DNA from: Spirochaetia bacterium
GTDB taxonomy: Bacteria; Spirochaetota; Spirochaetia; Treponematales; Breznakiellaceae
Reading direction: 5' to 3'
Length of the DNA: 64,000 nucleotides
Assembly (NCBI GenBank): GCA_026002045.1
Contig: BOAV01000003.1
Span: forward strand, 5,064-69,063
In this document: positions 1 to 11,499 of the stretch, piece by piece
Layout: each line of letters begins with the position of its first letter
How positions within the stretch are numbered: the first letter of the stretch is position 1
The notes under the pieces: model-generated
What the model saw: the letters and a program-made list of their open reading frames with translations, nothing else
Databases searched by the model: none
What the model was told of the DNA's origin: nothing
Made by a program: the position numbers and the translations under genes

Positions 1-691
1 CCTTACCGGGGCGGGGGTCAGTACCCTTTCAGGTATCCGGGATTTCCGGGGGAAAAACGGCCTCTACAATGACACGGACGCGGAGAAGATCTTCGACATT
101 GATTATTTTGAACAGGACCCTTCGTTTTATTATAAGGCCGCCCGTTCCTTTATTTATGATCTCAATGAAAAGGAACCCTCGGTGGTGCATCTGGTCTTGG
201 CGGCCCTGGAACAGCGGGGCCTCCTCAAGTCCCTGATCACTCAGAATATCGATCTGCTCCACCAGAAGGGGGGCAGTCGGCGGGTGATCGAGGTCCACGG
301 TTCCCCCCGAATTCATTACTGCCTCCGCTGCGCCGCTGTGCGTATGGGCTTTGACGAAGCCGCCGCCATTGTCCGCTCCGGGGCCTTGCCCCGCTGTCCA
401 AAGTGCAGCCGGGTCCTCAAACCGGCGATCACCTTTTTCGGCGAAAGCCTCCCCATGGACGCCCTGCGGGACGCCTCCGATGAGGCCCAAAACGCGGACC
501 TGATGCTGGTCCTGGGGACAAGTCTTACGGTCAACCCCGCCGCCTCCATCCCCAACTATACCCTGCGGAGCGGCGGCGAAGTGGTCATCGTAAACAATAT
601 GCCCACACCCCTGGATTCCCGGGCGGTTCAGCATTTTGACGACCTGGGGGAAGTCTTTGAGGGACTGTGGGATTTGCTGGTCAATGGGTAG
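1..691 (+). CDS. cobB: NAD-dependent protein deacylase (sirtuin, Sir2/CobB family); 5-prime end lies outside the window
   Basis: Frame open from the window start. N-terminal translation reads [15 protein letters not shown], and the [12 protein letters not shown] motif, a CxxC..CPKC zinc ribbon and VLGTSL are present. Confidence 0.85.
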   Translation, partial: LTGAGVSTLSGIRDFRGKNGLYNDTDAEKIFDIDYFEQDPSFYYKAARSFIYDLNEKEPSVVHLVLAALEQRGLLKSLITQNIDLLHQKGGSRRVIEVHGSPRIHYCLRCAAVRMGFDEAAAIVRSGALPRCPKCSRVLKPAITFFGESLPMDALRDASDEAQNADLMLVLGTSLTVNPAASIPNYTLRSGGEVVIVNNMPTPLDSRAVQHFDDLGEVFEGLWDLLVNG

Positions 692-2165
692 TCAACGCCG
701 CCAGCGCCTTGTCTACCCGCTTAAGGGATTTTTCCACCCCCAGGATGCGGAGGCTGCCGAAAAGGGGAGGGCTGACCCTGGCCCCGGTAATGGCAACCCG
801 CAGGGGCATCATTAAGTCCCCCAGCTTGACGCCGTTTTTTTCCGCCCATTCCTTGATAAAGGCTTCCGCCCCGGCGTCATCCGCAGCTTCCGCCAGGGGC
901 TTAACCAGTTCCCGGCCCTGTTGCAGTAAACTAATCGTTTGCTGTAAATCCATCTTCTTTGGGATGAATTCCACTGCATCCGGGACAGAGGGTTCCGAGA
1001 AAAGATAGCCCGGCTTTTCCGCCGCTTCCTGGAGAAACACCAGCCGCTCTTTGATCAGGGGCATGGCGGCGGTAAAGGTACTTCGCTGTTCGGGTGACGG
1101 TTTATCCCCGGCTTTGCCAAAAAGCCCCGCCTCAATGGCGTAGGGCAGGCAGAGTTCCGTCAGCTCGGCGTCACTTTTCATACGGATATACTGGCCGTTG
1201 TACCACTCAAGTTTTTTGTAGTCGAAGATCGCCGGGGCCTTGTTGAGTTTGTCCAGACTGAACCGGGCCGCCAATTCGTCCAGGGTGTAGATGTCTTTTC
1301 CCTCCTCGTAGGATGCACCCAAAAGGGCCACATAGTTGAGCAGCGCCTCCGGAATGTAGCCCTGGCGGCGGAACTCGTCGATGCTGGTGGCCCCGTGGCG
1401 CTTGCTCAGCTTTTTGCCGTCCTGGCCCATAACCATGGGGAGGTGGCAGTATTCAGGGTGCTCCCAGCCGAAGGCCGCATACATGATCACATGGAGGGGC
1501 GTGGAGGAAAGCCACTCCTGGGCTCGCAGCACGTGGGTAATGCCCATGAGGTGATCGTCCACGATATTGGCCAAATGGTAGGTGGGGAAGCCGTCGGATT
1601 TAAGCAGCACCGGATCGGGGTTCACATCGTCATTTTTCCATTCGATGTCCCCCAAAAGATGATCGTGAAATTTCGTACTCTCCCCAAGGGGGATTTTAAG
1701 ACGGATGGTATAGGCTTCCCCCACCTTCACCCTTTCCGCCGCTTCTGTTGGACTGATGCTCCGGCAGTGACGGTCGTAGCCGGTTTCACTCGAACGCGCC
1801 GCCTCCCGCTCTTCCCGAATCCTGTCCAGCCGTTCGGCGGAACAGAAACAGTAATAGGCTTTATCTTTGGTAATAAGTTCCGCCGCGTATTTCTTGTAAA
1901 GTTCAAACCGTTCGGACTGGATGTAGGGCCCGGTGCCGCCGCCCACATCAGGCCCTTCATCCCATTTAATCCCCAGCCATTCAAAGGTGTCATAGAGATT
2001 CTGTACGAAAGACGGGTCAAAGCGGGCGCGGTCCGTATCTTCAAGGCGGAGGATGAATTGGCCGCCCTGTGATTTTGCGAAGAGGTAATTAAAAAGGGCG
2101 GTCCTGATGCCGCCGATATGCTGAAGCCCCGTAGGGGATGGCGCGTAACGATCCCGAATTTGCAT
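681..2165 (-). CDS. gltX: glutamate--tRNA ligase
   Basis: 494-aa ORF. N-terminal [22 protein letters not shown] is a HIGH-type class I motif, and KLSKRHG is a KMSKS-type motif. It overlaps the cobB 3-prime end by 11 nt in convergent orientation. Confidence 0.9.
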   Translation of the reverse strand: MQIRDRYAPSPTGLQHIGGIRTALFNYLFAKSQGGQFILRLEDTDRARFDPSFVQNLYDTFEWLGIKWDEGPDVGGGTGPYIQSERFELYKKYAAELITKDKAYYCFCSAERLDRIREEREAARSSETGYDRHCRSISPTEAAERVKVGEAYTIRLKIPLGESTKFHDHLLGDIEWKNDDVNPDPVLLKSDGFPTYHLANIVDDHLMGITHVLRAQEWLSSTPLHVIMYAAFGWEHPEYCHLPMVMGQDGKKLSKRHGATSIDEFRRQGYIPEALLNYVALLGASYEEGKDIYTLDELAARFSLDKLNKAPAIFDYKKLEWYNGQYIRMKSDAELTELCLPYAIEAGLFGKAGDKPSPEQRSTFTAAMPLIKERLVFLQEAAEKPGYLFSEPSVPDAVEFIPKKMDLQQTISLLQQGRELVKPLAEAADDAGAEAFIKEWAEKNGVKLGDLMMPLRVAITGARVSPPLFGSLRILGVEKSLKRVDKALAALTTH

Positions 2166-2197
2166 AATGCAAGTTTAATGGAAAATAGGGAATAAAA

Positions 2198-2377
2198 CTA
2201 GCCTAAAAGGTTGATGTTGTTCCCTGCATTGGGGTCGGTGATCGCGGCCTCCATCATTTTGGCAAGTTCGGCGCTCTGAATTTCTGCCGTATCCAGAGCC
2301 ATTTTCTCCACCTGCACCGCAGCGGCTTCCTGCACCTTTTCCTGGGCCATGTTTACTGATAATGATTGTATATCCAT
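2198..2377 (-). CDS. small YjfB-family putative motility protein (59 aa), below the ORF-track length cutoff
   Basis: Manual translation of the minus strand gives MDIQSLSVNMAQEKVQEAAAVQVEKMALDTAEIQSAELAKMMEAAITDPNAGNNINLLG*. This matches the M-I--LS--M-Q-QVQ...V-KMA-D pattern of the YjfB putative motility family. It is in a different frame from the 100-aa track ORF 2175..2477. Confidence 0.45.
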   Translation of the reverse strand: MDIQSLSVNMAQEKVQEAAAVQVEKMALDTAEIQSAELAKMMEAAITDPNAGNNINLLG

Positions 2378-2420
2378 GTTTTAAGTATCGTACTAAAAGG
2401 GCTGAAAAACAAGGGAATAA

Positions 2421-2545
2421 AACCACAGAGCTCCCCCGCGATAGCGGGTTCTTCGGAGGGAAGAACACAGAGTCCACAGAGAAGAAAAAATTTAATTAAT
2501 CTTCTTCTGTGAACTCTGTGCACCCTCTGTGTCCTCTGTGGTTAA
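2421..2545. repeat. imperfect palindromic intergenic element (copy 1 of the TTAACCAC/CACAGAG family); its right terminus supplies the aat stop codon
   Basis: Outer arms AACCACAGAG (2421-2430) and CTCTGTGGTT (2534-2543). Inner stem cacagagtccacagagaagaa (2466-2486) pairs with cttcttctgtgaactctgtg (2501-2520) across an AT loop. Confidence 0.5.
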
Positions 2546-3237
2546 TTCTTCCCCCTCGCCAAAGTATCCCGCAGCAGTTTAAGGAATTCCGGGCGGCCCA
2601 TTTCCACACCGCCTAAACTTTCCAGATGATCCGTGTGGACCTGGCAGTCGATAAAGGCCAGTCCTTCGGCAAAGAGACTTTGGGCCAGGGTGAGGAATGC
2701 GGCCTTGGAGGCGTTGCTCTGCCGGGCGAACATGGACTCCCCAAAGAAGACCCTGCCCAGAGCAATGCCGTAGCAGCCCCCAACCAGGCGTCCGCCGCAG
2801 TAGCTTTCCGCGGAATGGGCGTAGCCCAGGCGGTGCAGTTCCGTGTAGGCGGTGACGATGTCACCTGTGATCCAGGTGCCGTCCTGGCCGGGACGGTCGA
2901 TTTCGGCGCAGCCCTTGATGACCCCGGCAAAGTCCCGGTCAAAAGCGATTTCAAATTCACCTTTTTTGAAAACCTTTTTCATGGAAGCGGAGATGTGGAG
3001 GTTTTCCGGGAAGAGGACGAACCGGGGGTTCGGGGATTGCCAAAGGATGGGGTCTTCCGGGTTATACCAAGGGAAGATGCCCTGTTCATAAGCCGAGAGG
3101 AGCATCCCCGGCGAAAGGTTGCCCCCGACGGCGATGATATCACCGGGACTCTTTTCCGGATCGGGGAACTGGTAGCGTTCGGTTTCGCTTAAGTAGGGGA
3201 AAAGGGGGTCCGGTCCTGGGCGGGGCCGGTTCCTCAT
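2542..3237 (-). CDS. aat: leucyl/phenylalanyl-tRNA--protein transferase
   Basis: L/F-transferase-like sequence (LSPGMLLSAYEQGIFPWYNPEDPILW, GESMFAR). I chose the start at the MRNRP Met (3237), one nt after the clpA stop. The longer track ORF would run into clpA. Confidence 0.85.
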   Translation of the reverse strand: MRNRPRPGPDPLFPYLSETERYQFPDPEKSPGDIIAVGGNLSPGMLLSAYEQGIFPWYNPEDPILWQSPNPRFVLFPENLHISASMKKVFKKGEFEIAFDRDFAGVIKGCAEIDRPGQDGTWITGDIVTAYTELHRLGYAHSAESYCGGRLVGGCYGIALGRVFFGESMFARQSNASKAAFLTLAQSLFAEGLAFIDCQVHTDHLESLGGVEMGRPEFLKLLRDTLARGKN

Positions 3238-3238
3238 T

Positions 3239-5713
<2,475 letters not shown>

Positions 5714-5728
5714 TTTATTTTATACTCC

Positions 5729-6040
5729 TCAAGCGGGTTCTACAATACAGCGGAGGGGGAATTCGTTCAGCCGGGCTGCGGCATGAACCTGATCCGCCTT
5801 GGTCCGGGCTATGTCCCAGGAGTAAACCCCGACCATGCCCTTGTGCTTCTTGTGCACGTCCATCATGATGCGGTATGCCTCGTCTTCACTCTTATGGAAA
5901 ATTGATATCAGGATATCCACCACAAATTCCATGGTGGTATAATTGTCATTGAGGAGGATTACCCGGAATTCCTCCGGTTCTTTAAGTTTTTTTTTGCTCC
6001 TATCCGCTAATTCGGTATCACTTCCTGCATAGAGAGCCAT
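5729..6040 (-). CDS. clpS: ATP-dependent Clp protease adaptor ClpS
   Basis: 103 aa with a ClpS core (FRVILLNDNYTTMEFVVDIL...) immediately upstream of clpA. Confidence 0.9.
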   Translation of the reverse strand: MALYAGSDTELADRSKKKLKEPEEFRVILLNDNYTTMEFVVDILISIFHKSEDEAYRIMMDVHKKHKGMVGVYSWDIARTKADQVHAAARLNEFPLRCIVEPA

Positions 6041-6066
6041 TTTTACAACCTTGTTTTTTTGTTCGA

Positions 6067-6882
6067 TTGAAGTTTATATTATACATAATGAAGATTTTGA
6101 GCTGGAACGTCAACGGAATCCGGGCGGTGGAGAAAAAAGGTTTTGTGGGGTGGGTGGCCGAAGAATCAGCGGACCTGCTCTGTATCCAGGAAACCAAGGC
6201 CCGTCCTGAACAGCTTTCGGCGGATTTAATCAGCCCCAAAGACAATGCCGGGGCGGTCTATACGAGCTACTGGGCCAGCGCCAAGAAGGCGGGCTATTCG
6301 GGGGTCGCCATTTACAGCAAGGTGAAACCTCTGGACCTAAAGCCTCTGGGGCTCAGCGCCTTTGACGATGAGGGCCGGGTCCTCCGGGCCGAATTTAAGG
6401 ACTTTACCCTTATATCGGCCTATTTTCCCAATTCCCAGGACGGGGGCGCCCGGCTGGGTTACAAGCTTGATTTCTGCGCCGCCATTCTGGAACTGTGTAA
6501 TACTTATGTGTCTCAAAAGAGGCACTTTGTGCTCTGCGGGGATTACAACATCGCCCATACCCCCATCGACATTGCCCGGCCCAAGGAGAACGAGGGCAAC
6601 GCCGGTTACCTCCCGGAGGAGCGGGCCTGGATGGACGCTTTTACCGCGGCGGGGCACGTGGACACCTTCCGCAGCCTCCACCCCGGCGAGGCCGGGCACT
6701 ACAGTTGGTGGTCCTACCGGGCCAATGCGCGGGCACGGAATGTGGGGTGGCGGATCGACTATCACTGTGTGGACAAGGCCTTTATGCCCAAGGTCAGCAG
6801 TTCCATTATCCGGCCCGAGGTGCAGGGGGCGGATCATTGCCCGGTGCAGATCGAATTGGATATAAAGCTCAAGGGGAAGTAA
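6067..6882 (+). CDS. xth: exodeoxyribonuclease III (AP endonuclease, Xth family)
   Basis: Begins MKILSWNVNGIRA, an ExoIII/APE1-type start. Typical length of 271 aa. Confidence 0.9.
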   Translation: MKFILYIMKILSWNVNGIRAVEKKGFVGWVAEESADLLCIQETKARPEQLSADLISPKDNAGAVYTSYWASAKKAGYSGVAIYSKVKPLDLKPLGLSAFDDEGRVLRAEFKDFTLISAYFPNSQDGGARLGYKLDFCAAILELCNTYVSQKRHFVLCGDYNIAHTPIDIARPKENEGNAGYLPEERAWMDAFTAAGHVDTFRSLHPGEAGHYSWWSYRANARARNVGWRIDYHCVDKAFMPKVSSSIIRPEVQGADHCPVQIELDIKLKGK

Positions 6883-7467
6883 ATGCGTATCAAATACAAT
6901 GCACCGGTGGTGCTCACCTTTGCCCTTATCAGCGCCAGTGTGCTGCTCCTGACCCATTTCTTTTTTTATTCCCTGACCGATGATTGGTTCAGGGTTCTCG
7001 GCCAGGGTTCTTTTAACCGCCGCAGCATCCATAGCTGGGTTACCCTTGTCTCCCATGTGGCGGGTCATGCCGACTGGAACCACCTGATCAACAACTTCGC
7101 CCTTATCCTTATGCTCGGTCCCATTCTGGAAGTAACCTACGGTTCCTTCTCCCTGTTTATCATGATCCTGATCACATCCGTGGTCACCGGCGCCCTGAAC
7201 GTCCTTTTTTTCAGGACAAGCCTGGAGGGCGCTTCCGGTGTGGTATTCATGATGATCCTTTTGGCCTCATTTACCAACTTCCAGGAGGGGGAAATTCCCC
7301 TTACTTTTATTTTGATATTGGTCCTGTATTTGGGGCGGGAGCTTTTTAACTCCTTTAGCTCCAACAATATTTCTGAATTTGCCCATATCGTGGGGGGCTT
7401 CTGCGGGAGCCTCTTTGGTTTTTTAAATCCCCCAACCCCAAGAACCAGGAAGAGGCTTGAACAATGA
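6883..7467 (+). CDS. rhomboid family intramembrane serine protease
   Basis: Multi-TM ORF with a GASGVVF (GxSG) motif and a downstream AHIVGG histidine. Its ATG immediately follows the xth stop. Confidence 0.7.
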   Translation: MRIKYNAPVVLTFALISASVLLLTHFFFYSLTDDWFRVLGQGSFNRRSIHSWVTLVSHVAGHADWNHLINNFALILMLGPILEVTYGSFSLFIMILITSVVTGALNVLFFRTSLEGASGVVFMMILLASFTNFQEGEIPLTFILILVLYLGRELFNSFSSNNISEFAHIVGGFCGSLFGFLNPPTPRTRKRLEQ

Positions 7468-8072
7468 AAAAGGAATTTTTGCCCTACGACACCGTACGGA
7501 ACAACACCCTCAAGCTTGCCCACCGGATCTATCACGATGGGTTTATTCCCGATGTGATCTACGTATCCCTCCGGGGCGGGGCCTATCTGGGTAACGTGAT
7601 CAGCGAATACTTCAAGATAGTCCGCAGGGACGCCCACCCGGTGTATTACGCGGCGGTGGTTGCCCGGTCCTACTCGGATGTGCGCACATCGGACAAGATC
7701 ACCGTGGAAGGCTGGACCTATGCGCCGGAGCATCTGCGGATCGGGGACAAGGTGCTCCTGGTGGACGATATCTTTGACACGGGCCAGACCATCAACCACC
7801 TGGCGGAGATCATCCTGGAGCGGGGCATCCCCCGGAAGGACCTTAAAATTGCCGTCCACGACTACAAGTATTTTTTCGATAAACCGGAACAGCTCCCCTT
7901 TCAGCCCGATTACTGGTGCCGCAAACACGATCTTTCCGTCAAGGACGAGGACCGCTGGATCCACTACATGAGCCACGAACTGGTGGGCCTGAGCGAAAGC
8001 GAGTTGGAAGCCAATTACTACGCCGCGGACCCGGAACTGCGGGAAGTGCTCAAGGTAATAAATCAAAAGTGA
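7464..8072 (+). CDS. phosphoribosyltransferase family protein (purine PRTase-like)
   Basis: PRPP-binding motif VLLVDDIFDTGQT. Overlaps the rhomboid stop (ATGA). Confidence 0.65.
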   Translation: MKKEFLPYDTVRNNTLKLAHRIYHDGFIPDVIYVSLRGGAYLGNVISEYFKIVRRDAHPVYYAAVVARSYSDVRTSDKITVEGWTYAPEHLRIGDKVLLVDDIFDTGQTINHLAEIILERGIPRKDLKIAVHDYKYFFDKPEQLPFQPDYWCRKHDLSVKDEDRWIHYMSHELVGLSESELEANYYAADPELREVLKVINQK

Positions 8073-8629
8073 TTTGCGGGATCGATGAGGCCGGCCGGGG
8101 TCCCCTGGCAGGTCCCGTCTGCGCCGCCGCAGTAATTCTACCGCCGGACTTTCCCATCGAAATCCTCAACGATTCCAAAAAGCTTAGTGCCCCCCGGCGC
8201 GCTGCGGCCCGGCTGGTGATTTGCGAAAAGGCAGTTGCCTGGGGTATCGGCTGGGCCTCGGCGGCGGAAATCGACGAAATCAATATTTTGCAGGCCAGCC
8301 TTTTGGCAATGAAGCGGGCCTGGGAGGAAATGGTCCTGTTCCGTCCGGTAGATGGCGTGGAAGCCATCATCGACGGCCTTTTTGCCCCGGATATCCCCAT
8401 CCCCTGCAAGCCCATGGTCAAGGCCGATGCCAAGGTACCGGAGGTGATGGCCGCCTCAATTCTGGCCAAAACCGCCCGTGACCGCATGATGGAACGCTAT
8501 GATTGGTTTTACCCCGAATACGGCTACGAAAAACACAAGGGCTATCCCACCAAAGCCCACCGGGAAGCGGTACTCCGCTATGGCCCTTCACCGATCCAAC
8601 GGATGAGCTTTACGGTGAAAAAGCCTTAA
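8069..8629 (+). CDS. rnhB: ribonuclease HII
   Basis: ICGIDEAGRGPLAGPV is an RNase HII active-site motif. I placed the start at GTG 8069 (GTGA overlap with the upstream stop), because the longer track ORF overlaps the PRTase gene by ~150 nt. Confidence 0.85.
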   Translation: MICGIDEAGRGPLAGPVCAAAVILPPDFPIEILNDSKKLSAPRRAAARLVICEKAVAWGIGWASAAEIDEINILQASLLAMKRAWEEMVLFRPVDGVEAIIDGLFAPDIPIPCKPMVKADAKVPEVMAASILAKTARDRMMERYDWFYPEYGYEKHKGYPTKAHREAVLRYGPSPIQRMSFTVKKP

Positions 8630-8716
8630 AGACGCCCTTTTATCCCTTGTAAATATTAATGCTAAGTGTTATATTTTCTTAAAGACTAGTGTTAGATTTG
8701 CAAGAAGGGGTTTGCG

Positions 8717-9955
8717 GTGGCGGTGGTTGAAAGAAGGGTTGCGGAACTGGTCGCACGGGACTTGGAAGATATAGAAGCCGTATTCATTAACGGGGGGCGG
8801 CAGACCGGCAAGAGCACCTTTGCGGAAGCCTTTGGCGGGGAGTACAAAAAGGTAATTTACGCTTCATTTGATGACGTCACCCTGCGCTCGGCGGAGATGG
8901 CTTCCCCCGGGCAGACCTTTGCGGATATCGAAGAAGGCTTGGTCATCCTCGACGAAATTCAGCATGTACCCCTTTCGTTTCTGGCCTTAAAATCAAAAAT
9001 TGATGAAATGCGGCGCAAAAAAAAGAAGATGAAATTTCTTTTGACCGGTTCTGCGGATATCATGCTTTTACCAAAACTTGCAGAAGCCCTGGTAGGACGA
9101 ATGTATGTCAGAACCATGTACCCTTTTTCCGCAGCGGAGGTGTTAAATGGCCCCGGCGGTTTTATCAAAAAATTATTTAAGGGGCCGCCTGATACCGGCC
9201 GTCAGTTTACGAAACCTGATATAGCCAAGGTTATTTCCAAAGCTACTTTTCCCCAGGTTTCACTGGAGGTAAAAAACAAGGAGCCGTGGTTCAGGAATTA
9301 TATCAATACCCTGCTGGAACGGGATGTTAAAAATTTTTCCGATATTGACCGGATCGAAATTTTCCCCCGGATGCTTTCAATTCTTGCAAACAGGGTAGGG
9401 GGGCTGGTGAACGATGCCGATATGGCCCTGGCCCTCAAGGTGAGCCAGCCCACGGTTAAGCGCTACCACACGCTGCTGAACGGGGTGTTTTTAACCTACC
9501 TGCTGCCCCCCTGGTTTAAAAACATGGAAAAACGCCTGGTAAAATCCCCCAAGATATATTTTACCGATACCCTGCTGCTCTGCCACATCCTGGGCCTCCT
9601 CCCCGGCGAAATCAGGAAAATGCGGCCCGAGCTTTACGGCTTTGTGCTGGAAAATTTTGCCGCCTCCGAACTGAATAAAGAGCTCTCCCTTATGGACAAC
9701 GGTAAACTCTTTCATTTCAGAACCAGCGACAAAAAGGAAGTTGATTTTATTGTTGAGGACCGTGACGGCAGAATCCTTGCGCTGGAAGTGAAGGCTTCAT
9801 CTTCGGTGGTGAGCGATGACTTTAAGCATATCCGTTTTTTGCAGAACACCCTGGGGAATGAATTTGTCCGGGGCGTGGTTCTGTACCAGGGGGAGCGGGC
9901 GATCCGCTTTGACAAGGATCTGTATGCGGCGCCGCTTTCGGCGCTCTGGGAATGA
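8717..9955 (+). CDS. AAA family ATPase with C-terminal DUF4143-like domain
   Basis: Walker A GGRQTGKST and Walker B VILDEIQ, with a long C-terminal domain. GTG start as given by the track. Confidence 0.7.
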   Translation: MAVVERRVAELVARDLEDIEAVFINGGRQTGKSTFAEAFGGEYKKVIYASFDDVTLRSAEMASPGQTFADIEEGLVILDEIQHVPLSFLALKSKIDEMRRKKKKMKFLLTGSADIMLLPKLAEALVGRMYVRTMYPFSAAEVLNGPGGFIKKLFKGPPDTGRQFTKPDIAKVISKATFPQVSLEVKNKEPWFRNYINTLLERDVKNFSDIDRIEIFPRMLSILANRVGGLVNDADMALALKVSQPTVKRYHTLLNGVFLTYLLPPWFKNMEKRLVKSPKIYFTDTLLLCHILGLLPGEIRKMRPELYGFVLENFAASELNKELSLMDNGKLFHFRTSDKKEVDFIVEDRDGRILALEVKASSSVVSDDFKHIRFLQNTLGNEFVRGVVLYQGERAIRFDKDLYAAPLSALWE

Positions 9956-10056
9956 TGATGTATTGAGGACCTTGCCCTGCATAAGCCTTTACGGGTATGC
10001 TGAATTGTATCATTCGGGCTGTATATCCTGAAATCCTTTTCTATTGGAATATATTC

Positions 10057-10755
10057 ATGAAACGAACACTTTTTTTCGTATTGACAGTTCTGGTTTTAAT
10101 TGGTTGTAAGGGGGGCGGAAAGACCGATTCCGGCGATACAGCAGTTGACGCTGACTCCTTCGTCCTGGATAAGGACGCCAGCTACGCCCTGGGTATGCAA
10201 TTTGGGGCAGATGTTGGAAATATGGCCGTTAAATTTGATAATACTTCCTTTATACAGGGCGCAAAAGATGCCCTTGAGGGGAAAAAAACAAAAATGACTG
10301 TGGAGGAGGCTGCCGTCAAGGTTCAAACCGCATATGCGGCGTTTATGGATAAGCAGTTCGAACCCCTCAGGCAGGCGGAGACCGATTTTCTTGCGGAGAA
10401 CGCCCGGAAAAGCGGCGTTCATGTAACCCCCAGCGGCCTTCAATATGAGGTGATTTCCGAAGGAACCGGGCCGAAACCCCAAAGCACCGATATAGTTAAA
10501 GCCCACTATAAGGGAACTTTTCTCTCAGGCGATACCTTTGACAGCTCCTATGATCGGGGTTATCCTGCGGATTTTTCCCTTGAGGAGGTTATTCCCGGTT
10601 GGACCGAAGGGATACCGCTTATGAGCGTGGGATCGAACTACCGTTTCTATATTCCCTCCAATTTGGGATACGGAGAGCAGGGTTACGGAGAGGCGATCCC
10701 TCCCTTCTCAACCCTGATCTTTGATGTGGAACTTATTTCTATCAATGACGAATAA
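10057..10755 (+). CDS. FKBP-type peptidyl-prolyl cis-trans isomerase lipoprotein
   Basis: Signal peptide with lipobox (LVLIGC). C-terminal FKBP domain (VIPGWTEGIPLM, GYGEQG, PPFSTLIFDVELI). Start chosen at MKRTLFF. Confidence 0.85.
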   Translation: MKRTLFFVLTVLVLIGCKGGGKTDSGDTAVDADSFVLDKDASYALGMQFGADVGNMAVKFDNTSFIQGAKDALEGKKTKMTVEEAAVKVQTAYAAFMDKQFEPLRQAETDFLAENARKSGVHVTPSGLQYEVISEGTGPKPQSTDIVKAHYKGTFLSGDTFDSSYDRGYPADFSLEEVIPGWTEGIPLMSVGSNYRFYIPSNLGYGEQGYGEAIPPFSTLIFDVELISINDE

Positions 10756-10770
10756 AAAAAGGAAGCCCTT

Positions 10771-11499
10771 ATGAAAAAAATAATTGCCGCCCTCTGTTTA
10801 TTTGCGGCGGCTTTTTCCCTTTACGGAAAGCCTATTGCGGAAGAGGCCGATCGGCCCGATGAAAAGCAGAATGTCAGCTATGCCTTTGGCCTGGTGCTGG
10901 GCTCCGACTTGCGGCAGACCGGCCTGGAATTTGACTATGACGCCTTTACCGAGGGTTTCCGCACATCAGTGGAAGGCCAGGAGCCCCGCTATACCTTTGA
11001 TGAGGCGGTTCAGGTGGTGCAGGCCGCTTTCCAGGCGTCCATGGCCCGGCAGGCGGAGGAAAACAGGGCAAGGGAAGCCAAATATTTGACCGAGAACGGA
11101 AAGCGGGACGGGGTGAGTACCACGGCCAGCGGCCTCCAATACGAGGTGATTAGCGCCGGTGAGGGGGAAAAACCCAGTGAAATGGCGCTGGTGCGGGTCA
11201 ACTACGAAGGAACCCTTACGGACGGAACCGTATTTGACAGCACCTGGGAGCGGAACGAAAGCGCCGAATTTCCCCTGGACCGGGTAATACCGGGCTGGCA
11301 GGAAGGCATTCAGCTTATGGGCGTGGGGGACAGCTATATCTTTTACATCCCATCAAGCCTGGCCTACGGTGAACAAGGCGCCGGAGATGTCATTCCCCCC
11401 TTCTCAACGTTGATCTTCAAAGTTGAACTGCTGGAAATTCTGGAAATCCCGGTCCAGGTTCAACAAGAACAAGGTGAAGAGGGCGAATCTATCTTTTGA
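10771..11499 (+). CDS. FKBP-type peptidyl-prolyl cis-trans isomerase (secreted paralog)
   Basis: Tandem paralog of the preceding gene with the same FKBP motifs (VIPGWQEGIQLM, PPFSTLIFKVELL) and a signal peptide. Confidence 0.85.
   Translation: MKKIIAALCLFAAAFSLYGKPIAEEADRPDEKQNVSYAFGLVLGSDLRQTGLEFDYDAFTEGFRTSVEGQEPRYTFDEAVQVVQAAFQASMARQAEENRAREAKYLTENGKRDGVSTTASGLQYEVISAGEGEKPSEMALVRVNYEGTLTDGTVFDSTWERNESAEFPLDRVIPGWQEGIQLMGVGDSYIFYIPSSLAYGEQGAGDVIPPFSTLIFKVELLEILEIPVQVQQEQGEEGESIF

Noticed and set aside
681-691. 11-bp convergent overlaps (cobB/gltX here, and FKBP/NDK-like at 11489-11499) as something functional
   Set aside because: Short 3-prime overlaps of convergent genes are common in compact genomes, and I see no associated structure.
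2175-2477. 100-aa minus-strand track ORF (Gly/Arg-rich)
   Set aside because: A different frame of the same DNA gives a much better candidate, the 59-aa YjfB-like protein. This frame reads through the repeat element.
6337-7083. 248-aa minus-strand ORF overlapping xth and rhomboid
   Set aside because: Antisense shadow ORF with Gly/Pro-rich low-complexity translation.
7137-8066. 309-aa minus-strand ORF opposite the PRTase gene
   Set aside because: Antisense to a gene carrying a clear PRPP-binding motif, with no features of its own.
8717-9955. DUF4143 AAA ATPase as part of a defence or mobile system
   Set aside because: These ATPases are frequently solitary. There are no adjacent nuclease, methylase or integrase genes, and the flanks are housekeeping (rnhB, FKBP).
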